From NCBI GenBank assembly GCA_965287045.1, contig OZ336873.1, forward strand, positions 52,452,001-52,516,000: a stretch of DNA of 64,000 bases. The letters run 5' to 3'. Positions 39,055 to 51,039 of this stretch are shown here, one piece after another. The translations under genes and the position numbers were made by a program. Position 1 is the first letter of the stretch. Every line of letters starts with the position of its first letter. The stretch comes from Carcharhinus amblyrhynchos (taxonomy: Eukaryota). The notes beneath the pieces were generated by a model. That model saw nothing but the letters and a program-made list of their open reading frames with translations, made no database searches and was not told the DNA's origin.

Positions 39055-40305
39055 TCAGTGTCTTCGTTTCTTTATCGAGGCGGATGTGGACTTTCGTTTG
39101 ACCCGCCAGCGGAACGGACGCTTTATGGACCCTTTGCGGGCGCAGTTCAGATTTGGGTCGTGGAGCAGTGTCCACATCAGCCAGATCTCAGGCACTTTAA
39201 GACTGTGGACCACCATCAGCTCCTTGTAGAAGCACGGGTCAAACATCTGCATGTGCGGAGCTGCGGAGGGTTGGACGATGCCGAATGTTCGGAATCCTTC
39301 ATGAGTGAGGGGTTCGAGTCCGATCCGCAGCAAGCACATTCCCAAAAAGACATCATCGATGGGAAAGAGATCCACCTCCTTGCTGGCTTGGTACAGCCTC
39401 TTTGCTGTGTGTCCAGACATAAGGAAGCCTCCACCTCCTGCATAGACAGGGTACACTCCCTGGCCATACATCATCTCAGGTATGAAATATTTACTCTTAT
39501 TGGATCTGATGGGGAGGGCTTGATAAATAATATGTCCAACAAATAGATCATCCTTCGGATCAGCGTCTGCCAAGAAATCGGCAATATTCTCCACATTTAC
39601 AAAGACATCATCATCCCCTTTGAACACAAACTCTGCATCAGGGCAGAACTGGTCAACCCACTTCAGAAAGTGAATCTCTTTGAGTGTCAGGTTGAAGAAG
39701 GTGTCTTGGAAATCCCACAGCAGGATGTCCTGATAGGCCTGACTCTCGTGTTCCAGCAGGCGGCTCCAGGAAGCCACGGAGCTTTGGTTGGCTGGGATTC
39801 CGAGGAGAAAGAGTCTGCGGACCTGGAGGTTGTGGACTCGACCTTCCTGGGCCCAAGTCTTCCGAGCCACCTCACGCCTTTCAAACTCTTCCACCTTGGA
39901 CTTGATAGAGATCAGCAGCAATTCTTCCCCGCGGACCTTCCGACACTTGTCCTTCTGGTTAATGATTTGATTGAATTCCCGACAGTCTTTCTGCCAAAGG
40001 TATTGACGGTAGTTCCAGGGTAAAAGATTTGGGACTGGAGATGTTTTCACAAGGTCCTGGACATTCTCCAGCTGTTGTCCAGGCTGACAGTTATGCTCTG
40101 ATTTTGTTGTACTGCTGCTGAAGTCCAGTTGAGGTTGTGCCTTTGTACTTCCCAGCATAATGGGTTTCTGAGTTCCTGACTCCCTTTGGTTCTCGTGTTT
40201 GTTTAGATGTGGACTTTCAAAGTGCACTTGGACATAAAGCAAAATACAAAATGCCGTTAGCAGGAGAAACGTGCAGATGAGATCTCCTTTTCGTCGTAGT
40301 CTCAT
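39055..40305 (-). CDS. B3GNT9: Beta-1,3-N-acetylglucosaminyltransferase 9 (GT31), 416 aa, single coding exon
   Basis: accATG at 40305; type II TM anchor; KGDDDVFVN, YAGGGGFLMS, FPIDDVFLGMC; B3GNT9-like 'FGIVQPSAAPH...FDPCFYKEL...IWLMW'; convergent with PHAF1 as in human. Confidence 0.93.
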   Translation of the reverse strand: MRLRRKGDLICTFLLLTAFCILLYVQVHFESPHLNKHENQRESGTQKPIMLGSTKAQPQLDFSSSTTKSEHNCQPGQQLENVQDLVKTSPVPNLLPWNYRQYLWQKDCREFNQIINQKDKCRKVRGEELLLISIKSKVEEFERREVARKTWAQEGRVHNLQVRRLFLLGIPANQSSVASWSRLLEHESQAYQDILLWDFQDTFFNLTLKEIHFLKWVDQFCPDAEFVFKGDDDVFVNVENIADFLADADPKDDLFVGHIIYQALPIRSNKSKYFIPEMMYGQGVYPVYAGGGGFLMSGHTAKRLYQASKEVDLFPIDDVFLGMCLLRIGLEPLTHEGFRTFGIVQPSAAPHMQMFDPCFYKELMVVHSLKVPEIWLMWTLLHDPNLNCARKGSIKRPFRWRVKRKSTSASIKKRRH

Positions 40306-40675
40306 GGTCTGAGGGGATGCGTTTGCAGAGGGCAACGGGAGATCAATGGATGTTTTGGCTAACGTTTAAAGAACACATCTGGTTCGTACTGACTTGGGGA
40401 TTCACAGACTGGGTAATCTCATACACCGTTGAAACTCACTGAACGGCTCTGAGTGATTTATATAGAACTGAATTTCACAGTCTAGTCTGGATGAATTTAC
40501 AAAGAGCTGAAAGTTCACAGTTTGGTTTTGGGTGAATCCATACACAGCTGAAATTCACTGGAAATCTCTGGCTAATTGTACGCACAGTTGCAGTTCACAG
40601 TCTGGTCCGGCTAATTTAATAAAAGGCTGAAACTCACAGGCTGGTTCCAGGTCGATTTCTTTTATATTGTCACTT
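40306..40675 (-). other. 5' UTR part of the B3GNT9 coding exon
   Basis: Strong minus-strand acceptor tgtgtgtttctctgttctacAG| with AG at 40677-40676. Confidence 0.55.
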
Positions 40676-41348
40676 CTGTAGAACAGAGAAACACACAGTT
40701 AAAGGAAACAGCTGTCCACTCTGCCACGTGGAAGCTTCACTGCCGGATATAGAGGCAGCCTTGGAAAGTAGGTCTGACAGCGGTCTTAGAGAACAAGGGT
40801 AAACTTTAGTAAATCCTCCCCACCCCCCTTAGTATTTTGCTTATGAGTTCCTCAGCTGTACTTTAGAAATGGCACAATTCCTAAATCTAGATTAATAGGT
40901 ACTGAGATAAAACTACTAATATAGCCAGTTACAGCAGACACATATGTATGCGTAGATGTAAGTAATCACATACTTACAAACGTTCAGGTGATATTATTCT
41001 GTAAAATGCAACGTTAAAAGTTACTGTTCCAATCATGTGATATGACAGGCATATACCAACTATTTCTGTCTGCTGAATACTCCCATCATATGTCAAAAAT
41101 CACACAAACGGAAATACATTCGCTCTGCTGGTGCATATCATTTGGAACAACGAAGTGTGTTAAAAGCCAGCAAGAAATCTCAGTCTTGTGTGCGGTTTTG
41201 AGCATTGTTCTTGTACTTCCTAAAATCCCCTACGCCATTTCATGTGATAGTGCCTCAGAACCAGATAGATTGGCCATGCCCCTTAGTATTAGGGGGACTA
41301 GCTAGGGTAAATGCATGGGGTTATAGGGATAGGGCCTGGGTGCGATTG

Positions 41349-42622
41349 AACATAGAACATAGAAAAACTACAGCACAAACAGGCCCTTTGGCCCAAAAGT
41401 TGTGCCAATGATATCCATACCCACTAGGCTTACCTATAACCCTCAATTCTATTCAGTTCCATGTACTCACCCAGAAGTCTCTTGAAAGACCCTATCGAAT
41501 TTGCCTCCTCCACCACCACCGATGGCAGCCGATTCCACTCACCCACCACCCTCTGAGTGAAAAACTTATCCCTGATATCTCCTCTATACCTACTCCCCAG
41601 CACCTTAAACCTCTGTCCTCTCATAGCAGCCATTCCAGCCCTTGGAAAAAGCCTCTGAGAATCCATCCGATCTATACCTCTCAACATCTTATACACTTCT
41701 ATCAGGTCACCTCTCAACCTTCGTCTCTCTAAGGAGAAAAGACCAAGCTCCCACAACCTATCCTTATAAGGCATGCCACCCAATCCAGGCAACATCCTTG
41801 TAAATCTCCTCTGCATCCTTTCAATAGCTTCCACATCCTTCCTGTAATGAGGCGACCAGAACTGAGCACAGTATTCCATGAGAGGTCTGACTAGGGTCTT
41901 ATAAAGCTGCAACATTATCTCCCAACTCCTAAACTCAATCCCTCGATTGATGGAGGCCAGTACACCATGTGCCTTCTTAACTATATCCTCTACCTGTGAG
42001 ACCGATTTAAGAGTCCTATGGACCCGGACCCCAAGGTCCTTCTGATCCTCCACACTGCTAAGAGTCTTACCCTTGATATCATACTCCTTCATCCCATTCG
42101 ACCTGCCAAAATAGACCACTACACATTTATCCGGGGTAAAGTTCATCTGCCACTTCTCCGCCCAGCTTTGCATCCTATCAATGTCATGCTGCAACCTCTG
42201 ACATCCCTCCAAACTATCTACAACACCACCAACCTTCGTGTTGTCAGCGAACTTATCAACCAATCCCTCCACTTCCTCATCCAGGTCATTTATGAAAATT
42301 ACAAACAGCAAGGGTCTCAGAACAGATCCCTGGGGCACTCCATTGGTGACCGACCTCCATGCAGAAAAAGACCCATTTACAACCACTTCTGCCTTCTGCA
42401 GGCAAGCCAGTTCTGGATCCACAAGGCAACAGCCCCTTGGATCCTATGCCCTCTCACTTTCTCAAGAAGTCTTGCATAGAGGACCTTATCGAATGCCTTG
42501 CTGAAGTCCATATAAATCACATCTACCGCTCCTCCTTCGTCAATGTATTTAGTCACATTTTCAAAGAACTCAACCAGGCTCGTAAGGCACGATCTCCCTT
42601 TGACAAAGCCGTACTGACTACT
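41349..42622 (-). mobile_element. CR1 LINE 3' part, inserted into a SINE
   Basis: Open 330-codon RT ORF 41430-42422 (GVPQGSVL, FINDLD, KFADNTK); SINE halves at 41270-41348 and 42623-42695. Confidence 0.92.
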
Positions 42623-43642
42623 ATTGGGTACTGATTGGGGTCGATGCAGACTTGTTGGGGCAAATGATCTCCTTTTGCATTGTAGGATTCTATGATTTTA
42701 TAACTGGGCATTAAAGTGACTGCTGTTCCACTCCTTTTCTCACCAAATATTCTTCATTTTCACACCAGATTTGTAATATTGGTGTTTTTCAGTAGCACTT
42801 CAATGAGATTCGAAAAAGACTTGTGTGTGCTTGCTTCCTTTCTGACTCTTCACATTTAGTGCCACATGCTCCCGGGCCCAGTGCTTTTGCATTGAGGATG
42901 CACGTGGAGAGATATTTTTAACCATTTTCAGTTGGTCTGACTTGTTACTGTTGCCACACTTGCCCACCTTTGCACTATATATCAGGCTTGAAAAATATCA
43001 GTGAACTGAGGTGGTGCTTCTTTAACCTCCTCAAGGGTTTCGGCAGCCTGGATTATGGTTTCAGCCAGTTTTCAGAGAAACAGAGCAATCATGTCTGTGT
43101 GACCAATAAACAACTTGTTTTTTAAAAAAATATTTACTTACATCAGAAATGTCACTAGTCAAATGTAATGTATCACATTCCTACAACACTCCAACTCCCA
43201 CATAAAAATAACAAAACACATACAGCCTCTTTCCCAAATCTAATCCCCAACACTCGTACACATTTCCCATACCTCTATCCCAAACCTATTACCCAATATA
43301 CACACTCTCCATCCCATATGTCATCCACATTACAGTCTATTACAGTCTGACCCTCCATCCGCTCCAACCCATGCCTTATCCCCAGTATACACCCTCCATC
43401 CAAACCTTACCCTTAATACAACCTTTCATCCCAAACCATTAACAGATTGACCCTCCATTACAAACCTAATCCCCAACACACACTCTCCATTCCAAATCTA
43501 ATTCCCGACACAGACCCCCTCCATTACAAACCCAGTCCCCAAACACACACACACCCCCCATCTCAAACCTAATCCCCAACACACTCAACCTCCATTACAA
43601 ACCCAGTCCCCAAAACACACACCTTCTATCCCAAACCTAATC

Positions 43643-44485
43643 CATAAGACATAGGAGCAGAATTAGACCACTTGGCCCATCAAGTCTGCTCTGCCATTCA
43701 ATCATGGCTGATATTTTTGTCATCCCCATTCTCCTGCCTTTTCCCCATAACCCTTGATCCCTTTATAAATCAAGAATCTATCTGTCTCTGAATCACAGAT
43801 TCACCACTCTCTGGCTGAAGAAATTCCTCCTTATCTCTGTTTTAAAGGATTGTCCCTTTAGCCTGAGGTTGTGCCCCCTGGTTCTAGTTTTTCCTACTAG
43901 TGGAAACATCCTTTCCACATCCACTCTTTCCAGACCTCGCAGTATCCTGTAAGTTTCAATAATAGCCCCTCTCGTCCTTCTAAACTCCAACAAATACAGA
44001 CCCAGAGTCCTCAATCATTCCTCATACAACAAGCTCTTCATTCCAGGGATCATTCTTGTGAACCTCCTGTGGACCCTTTCAAGGCCAGCAGATCCTTCCT
44101 TAGATATTGAACCCAAAACTGCTCACAATACTCCAAATGGGGTCTGACCAGAGCCTTACAAAGCCTCAAGAGTATCCCTGCTCTTGTATTCCAGCTCTCT
44201 TGACATGAATGCTAACATTGTATTTGCCTTCCTAACTGCCGACTGAACCTGCGCGTTTAGTTTAAAAGAATCTTGAACAATGACTCCCAAGTCCCTTTGT
44301 GTTTCTGATTTCCTATGCATCTCCCCATTTAGAAAATAGCTTATGTCTCCATTCCTCCTTCTAAAGTGCATAACCTCACATTTTTCCACATTGTATTCTA
44401 TCTGCCACTCCTTTGTCCACTCTCCTTAACTGTCCAAGTCCTTCTGAAGTCCCCCCTAGCTTCTCAATACTACCTGTTTCTCTAC
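43643..44485 (-). mobile_element. CR1 3' fragment inside the minisatellite
   Basis: KTRTRGHNLRLKG...RRNFFSQRVVNL; KCEVMHF. Confidence 0.9.
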
Positions 44486-45204
44486 ATATTCCCATTACAC
44501 ACACCCTTCATCCCAAATGTAATCCTCAACACACAAACATCCTCCATCCCAAACCTAATTCCCAACACACAAAGGCTCTATTACAAACCTTATCCCCAAC
44601 AAACATGCACTCTCTGTTACAAACCTAATCCCCAACATACACAAGTTCCATTACAATCCTAGTCCCCAACACACATTTAGCCTCTATCCCAAACCTAATC
44701 CACATTACATACATCTTCCATCCCAAACCTAATCCCCTAATACAAGCACCCTCCATTACAAACCTCATCCCCAATATACACCCTCTCCATTACAAATCTA
44801 ATTCCTAACACAAACACGCAATTGCAAACCTGATCCCCAGCATACACACTCTCCATTACAAACTTAATTTCTAATAACACACCCTCCACCCCAAATCTAA
44901 TCCCCACTACAAATGCACCTTCTGTTACAAACCTAATCCCCAATAAACACACCCTCCATTACAATCCTAATCCTCAATACATACACACCCTCCATTACAA
45001 ACCTCATCCGCACACACATACCCCCCGTCCCAAACCTAATCTTGAACACACACACACACCCTCCATTGCAAATCTAATCCCCAACACACACACCCTTCAT
45101 CCCAAATCTAATCCTCAACATACACACACACTCCATTACGAACTTTATCTTCAACACACACTCACATTCTCCATTACAACCTTAATTGTCAACGTACTCA
45201 CACC

Positions 45205-45500
45205 ATGGTGACACAATGGTTAGCATTGCTGCCTCACAGTACCAGGGATCCAGGTTCAATTCTGCTTTGGATGACTTTCTGTTTGAATTTGCACATTTTC
45301 CCTGTGTCTATTCTGGTTTCCTCCCACAGTCTATAGCTATATGGGTTAGGTTGATTGGCTTTGCTAAATTGCCCCTTAGTGTCAGTGGTATTAGTGGTGT
45401 GAATATGTGGGGTTATGGGGCTCAGGCCTGGGTGGGATTGGGATTGCTGTTGGTGCAGTCTCAAAGGGCCGAATAGTTTTTTCTGCACCGTAGGGATTCT
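45205..45500 (+). mobile_element. HE1-like SINE inside the minisatellite
   Basis: ggtgacacaatggttagcattgctgcctcacag...ttctgcaccgtagggattct. Confidence 0.75.
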
Positions 45501-45520
45501 GCAATTACAAATCTAATCGC

Positions 45521-45555
<35 letters not shown>

Positions 45556-47000
45556 CCATCCCAAACCTAATCTCCAATAAATACACTCGTCATCCCCAAT
45601 GTAATCTGCAACACATACTCCCTCCATTCCAAACCACTTTTTAAGTTAAAAAGATCTAACCCCCAACAAACACACCATCCATTACAAACCTTTTGGTTAA
45701 AAAACCTAACTCCCAACACATACCCTGCATTATAAACCTAATCTCCGACATACATGTACATACACACACACACACACACCCCGTCCATCCCAATCCTAAT
45801 CTCTAATAAACACACCCTTCATCTCCAATGTAATCCGCAACACATACACCCTCCATTCCAAACCTCTTTTTATGATATAAAGATCTAATCTCCAACACAC
45901 ACACTATTCATTACAAATATTTTAGTTAAAAAAAATCTAACCCCCAACACATACCCTCCATCACAAACATAATCCCCAACACACACACACACATACACAC
46001 ACACAATTACATTCTTAACCCCCACACATACTCTCCACTACAACCCTAATTGCCAACACAGGCACTCTCCATTACAAACCTAGTACCCAACAAACACACA
46101 CACACACATCTGTTCCAAACCTGTAAGTGATTAGGATAACTGAGATTCACAGTGGATTTTTGTGTTAATATGCTAAGAACAATCAGTTATCTTTTCTTCT
46201 CAAAACAAGTTCTCTTTCCCTATACTTCAACTTTCAGAAAGATTTTTCATTTCTGAAAACAGGGGTACAATTTGAGAGGTGCAATACAGAGTTACCACAA
46301 CATGGTACTTAGAACTTCTTGAAAGTAATCTAAGTGCTACCTGTTGTGGTGCCTTGTTTGTCTTCAAGTCATCAGCCAGTCCGGTTCCCAGTTTTATTGT
46401 AATATTGACAATGCCTGGCAAGTGTGACTGATAGTAACATTTCCTTTGTGAAATGTATATGGAGTGAGTTTTTTATTCATTGAATAAACACCTGATTAAT
46501 GACACTTCCATTAAATTTCCATTTTCCAAAGTTAGATTAGCCACCAAGTTCTAATGAACCTATTTAGCAACAGAATGTCACCAGTTTCTGCTGCATCGCT
46601 GAGACGAATATATGAGCAACTGAATTCTGAGCAAGAATTGTATCAAAAGCATTCATTGTCACTGATTCAAATATAAAGTAATGACACGTGAATTGCACAA
46701 ATTTCATGTTGAGTTTAAAGAACTATAAAGGATTAGTATTTCATTCAACCGGTGGTCAAAAGAGTGAAAGTGAAATTGAGAGATGTGCAAAGAAAGAATG
46801 TGAAGGGATTGTGAATTTCACTTTAAAACTTCCTTAAATTTGCTCTTAATGACAACAGCAACATGGATTTAGAAGCTAACTAATGCAAGAACATGTTGAA
46901 CCAGAATGATAGGGAGTGGGATAGCTTAATCTTGGTTTCAGAAAAAGCTCGGCACAACATCGAGGGCCAATGGGCCTGTACTGTGCTGTACTGTTCTATG

Positions 47001-48300
47001 TTATCCCCAACAGATACGCCCTCTATTACAAACCTAATCCCCAAAGCATACACACCCTCCATTATAAACCTAATCCCCAACACACATGCCCTCTATCCAA
47101 ATCTAATCCACAACACACATACTTTCCATTACAAACTTAATTCCCAACATAGATACCCTCCATTAGAAACCTTATCCCCAATCCATACACATTCTCCATT
47201 ACAAATCTAATCCCCCACACATACACCCTCCATCCCAAAATGAATCCCCAATACACACATCGTCCACCCATATCTAATCTCCAAAACACAGGCTTTCCAT
47301 TACAAACCTAACTCCCAACATACATACCCTCAATTACAAACCTAATCCCCTCTGCCCTAAATCTAATCCCCAACAGTCACATCTTCCATCACTAACCTTG
47401 TCCTCAATACAAAACACACACACGCTTCATTACAAACCTGACCCACAACAAACACACATTCTCATTCCAAATTTAATCCTCAATATACACATATCTTCCT
47501 TTACAAACCTATCCCCAACACACATGCCCTCCTTTAGAAATTCAATCGTCAATATACTCACACACTCCATTACAAATCTAACACCCAACATACATTCTCT
47601 GTTACAAGCCTAATTCCCAAGACACCCTCCATCACAAACCTAATTCCCAACACACACCCTCCTCCCCAAATTTAATCCCCAACAAACACACATGCTCCAT
47701 TACAAATCTAATCCCCAATATTCTCATACCCTTGATTACATACTGCATCCAAATACACACACACACAACCTCCGTTAAAAACCTAATCCCCAACACACAT
47801 ACAAACCTAATACAAAAAAAACACACACCCTCCTCTCCAAATCTAATCCTCAACATATAACCCCCTACAAACTTTATCCCAAACACACATAGCCTCCATT
47901 ACAACCCTAATCCCCAATGTATTCACATCCTTGATTACAAATCTCATCCCAACACATGCACATCCTCCATTTAATCCCCAAACTTAATTCCCAAAGTACA
48001 CACACCTTTCATTACAAACAAAATCCCCAACTGACATCCTCTTCCCTAAATCTAACCCCCAATACACATACACCCTCCATACAAACTTTACCCGGAACGT
48101 ATACACCCTCCATTACAAACCTAATCCCCAATACACATACACCCTTGAATACAAACCTTATCCCAACACATGCACACCCTTCATTTCAAACCTAATCCCA
48201 ATACACTCACACTTTCCATTACAAACCTAATACCCAATACACACCCATCTTTGATTACAAACCTAATCCCTAACACACAGATCACAGTTCCCAAATCTGT
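47001..48300. repeat. Minisatellite array, block 2
   Basis: Same unit as 43215-46125, continuous for ~1.3 kb. Confidence 0.9.
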
Positions 48301-49399
48301 AGTGAATATACAACACACAGACACACACTTGTGTTCCGCTTTTACTAACAAAATTCATGCCATCCTCATCTCTCCGGGATTTATAGTTGATATTAGTAAC
48401 ATTTGGCGGTGCTGTGCGTCATGTTGTGCAGTTTGCAAGAAGACAAACGTCAGGCTGGAACCAAGCACCGGGAAGGTTGACTCATACTTGTCCCCGTTAT
48501 TAAATTATATCTGTTATAAAGATGCTGCAGCCCCTCCCCCCACCCGGCTGGAGGCCTGTGCAAATCCTGAACTTTACCTTTTCCCAGTCTGATGACCTCC
48601 TTCACTTCTCTAACAGGCAGAGTGGGTGGGAGAGCTGCGAATTCTAACCACTACCTCCGCCCGCAATCTGAACACCAACACTGGCAGGAGGGAAATCAGA
48701 AACCAGTGGGCCGGGGCCGGCAATCGGGCGGGGGATCTCTGGTTCCCGCAGTAAACTTTATCCAGCAACTTTCTGGATGCTCCTCGGATAGAACACAGCC
48801 GCCTGCAGTACGGCTTGTTTCTCCTTTTGGCAGGGAATGGGAAATGACTGAAGGTAGCCTGTAGACTCCAGCACTGCTCTCTAGCACACAGCTCAATTTA
48901 CCTGAGGAATGTCCTTCTACCCATCAAACAGCGACTCGGCCCAGTGACTGGACGACCGAGGTTCTGAAGCTGGCTGCAAAGGGCAGCTTCAACAGGGAAG
49001 AAGCTCGCCAGGAATCCGTGGGAGCCAAGGAAAGTACATCTGGATTGCATTAATGAGATTGGGAGTTGCCAGAACTCAGAGCCTGGCCATCAGAAACAGG
49101 GGGAGGGTTGGCCAATCTGTCACTACAAACAGCACTACAGATCAGTACCGAGCTGGTTCAACTTTGAGTTCTGGTGCCCATAACTGGGACTAAACAGCCT
49201 CTCCCTTCAGCCCAGGCGCTGATTTCCTCCCTGTGTTAACTCAGGCGGCATCCTCACCCCGTTCAAGAGTCAAACAAGCACCCAGTGCCTGGAGAACATC
49301 AAGAATGCAGTGAGTGTAATACTATCAGGGCCCAGAATCTCCCAGATTCCAACCATCAATTACGTTAGAGAAGATTAACTTTGTTTCAGCATTAACACT

Positions 49400-49752
49400 C
49401 TCACCATTGAATTCAGAGGTTGGAGATCCGGGTACTGCTCCAGACTTATCACAGATTTGTTAACTTCAATTTTTTGGGCAGAAGGAGTGTTACTCTTACT
49501 GCCTTATTGGTAAAATGTTGAGGCGCCACATGCCCACTGAGGGTCTTTACAGAAGAGATTGGAAGTTCTCCAAGTTAATTTCTATCCTTCCACCAGTAAC
49601 ACAGATTATCTGGTCATTACCACCACTTGTGTCTGTAGGAGCTTGCTGTGTATAACTTGTGCACCTCATTTCCAACATTACAACCGGCTATAACATGCGT
49701 CCTGAGTGTCCTGAGGCTGTGAAGTCGCTATATAAATGCAACATTTCCATTT
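49400..49752 (+). mobile_element. SacSINE/DeuSINE-like ancient SINE
   Basis: Deu-domain-like acagattatctggtcatt...ggagcttgctgtg and tail gtcctgaggctgtgaagtcgctatataaatgca; related remnants at 29565-29700 and 33080-33260. Confidence 0.55.
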
Positions 49753-51039
49753 CTTAAAGCGGAAGAAAAAGCAGCATTACATGTTCTACATGATGATGTT
49801 TGTTAAGATCCCCTTTGAAACCATTAACGTTTAAAGAGAAGCTGAGCATCCAGTAACAAACCAAAAGAACCATGCCACAAGATTTCATGTTGTTAAACAA
49901 AAACAACTTTACTGCATATATTTTTAAAAATGACAAAGACTACTAGCTTAATACTATGCTTTGTAATAATAAGTTGTATGTTCTGTTTTACTCTTTAGTT
50001 CCACCCTAGTTTCCTTTTTCATTAGGAGATCTTGAGAGTTCATTCATTTGTTCTGGAACCAACCCAAAGAAATCCCCTCCAGAATTCACTCTGATTTTTC
50101 CTCACTGTTCCAGCTATTTTGTACAAGATTTCATGGGATCCTTCCATTAGTTGTTGGATAATCTCCAGTCTTTTTTAAGACCTCACAACTGTGAACTCCT
50201 CAGCTTGTTTTCACAATGAAGGTTACGATAGACCTTTCCCTCTGGCTCCAAGCTATGCAGCTCTTCCAGCCTCTTTTTCTCTCACAATCTCTGTCTCTAA
50301 ACTGAGCATGGACTCCAACACCCCACATTTCACATGCCAAATAATAAAGTTAGCATTTTCTCTGCTTAAGGTGCAGGCCTGGCTAACTTTTTTTGCTAGT
50401 ATAGTATTGGTGAGTGCGGACAGTGTTGGCAAATGTGCAAGATCACTTAGCAGTCCCAGTGAGTTTGTTATATTCAATGGTAATGTTGGTGATAGGATAG
50501 GGTTTAGTGTCACAGGTCTTGATGGTGCACAGTCAATTATGGGGTGATAACGATATTGAAGTGAGTATTATCTGTACTGCAATGTTTGGCAGTAGTTTGT
50601 AGGGACATAGTGCTTGGCATTAGTGTGAGGGCATGGTGTTTATTGACATTGTTAATAGTGATGTACTGGTCATGGTCATATTATTAGTGAGAATGCAATG
50701 TTCACCAATGATCAAAAATACTAACGTGAATGGAATGAGACACCTCTTGGATAATTTACAGGTTAGTAAACAGCAAATGTTCTGAGATACAAGAGACAAA
50801 CTTATTTTGTGACATTGACTGAGTGCTTAAAATGGTAAAATGTGCTGTTGCCATGCATATGAGTGTCAACTATCTTGCCAAACATATCTTACAAACCTTG
50901 TTTGAATTAATAATTTTTTAAATTAAGGAATTCCCATGACTCCAGTGAAAAGAAGATGTAATTTTTTAAAACATTTGCTGCAACAGTCAAACAATGATCA
51001 ACAACAATTCAAACACTAACAGGCAAATGATACTGGAAA

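Larger units (their letters stand above)
43215..46125. repeat. ~30-35-bp minisatellite array (ccctccattacaaacctaatccccaac(ac)n), block 1
   Basis: Dozens of diverged units; interrupted by a CR1 and a SINE. Confidence 0.9.

Noticed and set aside
39010-40023. Plus-strand ORFs (178 aa, 117 aa) overlapping B3GNT9
   Set aside because: Antisense shadows of a coding sequence with no recognisable protein.
40306-40335. ORF-track N-terminal extension of B3GNT9 (426 aa)
   Set aside because: Starts at a TTG. The ATG at 40305 has a good Kozak context and gives the normal short cytoplasmic tail plus TM anchor.
43215-48300. Repeat array read as CRISPR-like or telomeric
   Set aside because: Vertebrate DNA, no unique spacers, no cas genes; the unit is not (TTAGGG)n despite the ctaa-cccc resemblance.
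46893-48592. ORFs with TNLIPNTH-like repeats
   Set aside because: Translations of the minisatellite; frames shift constantly and there is no gene structure.
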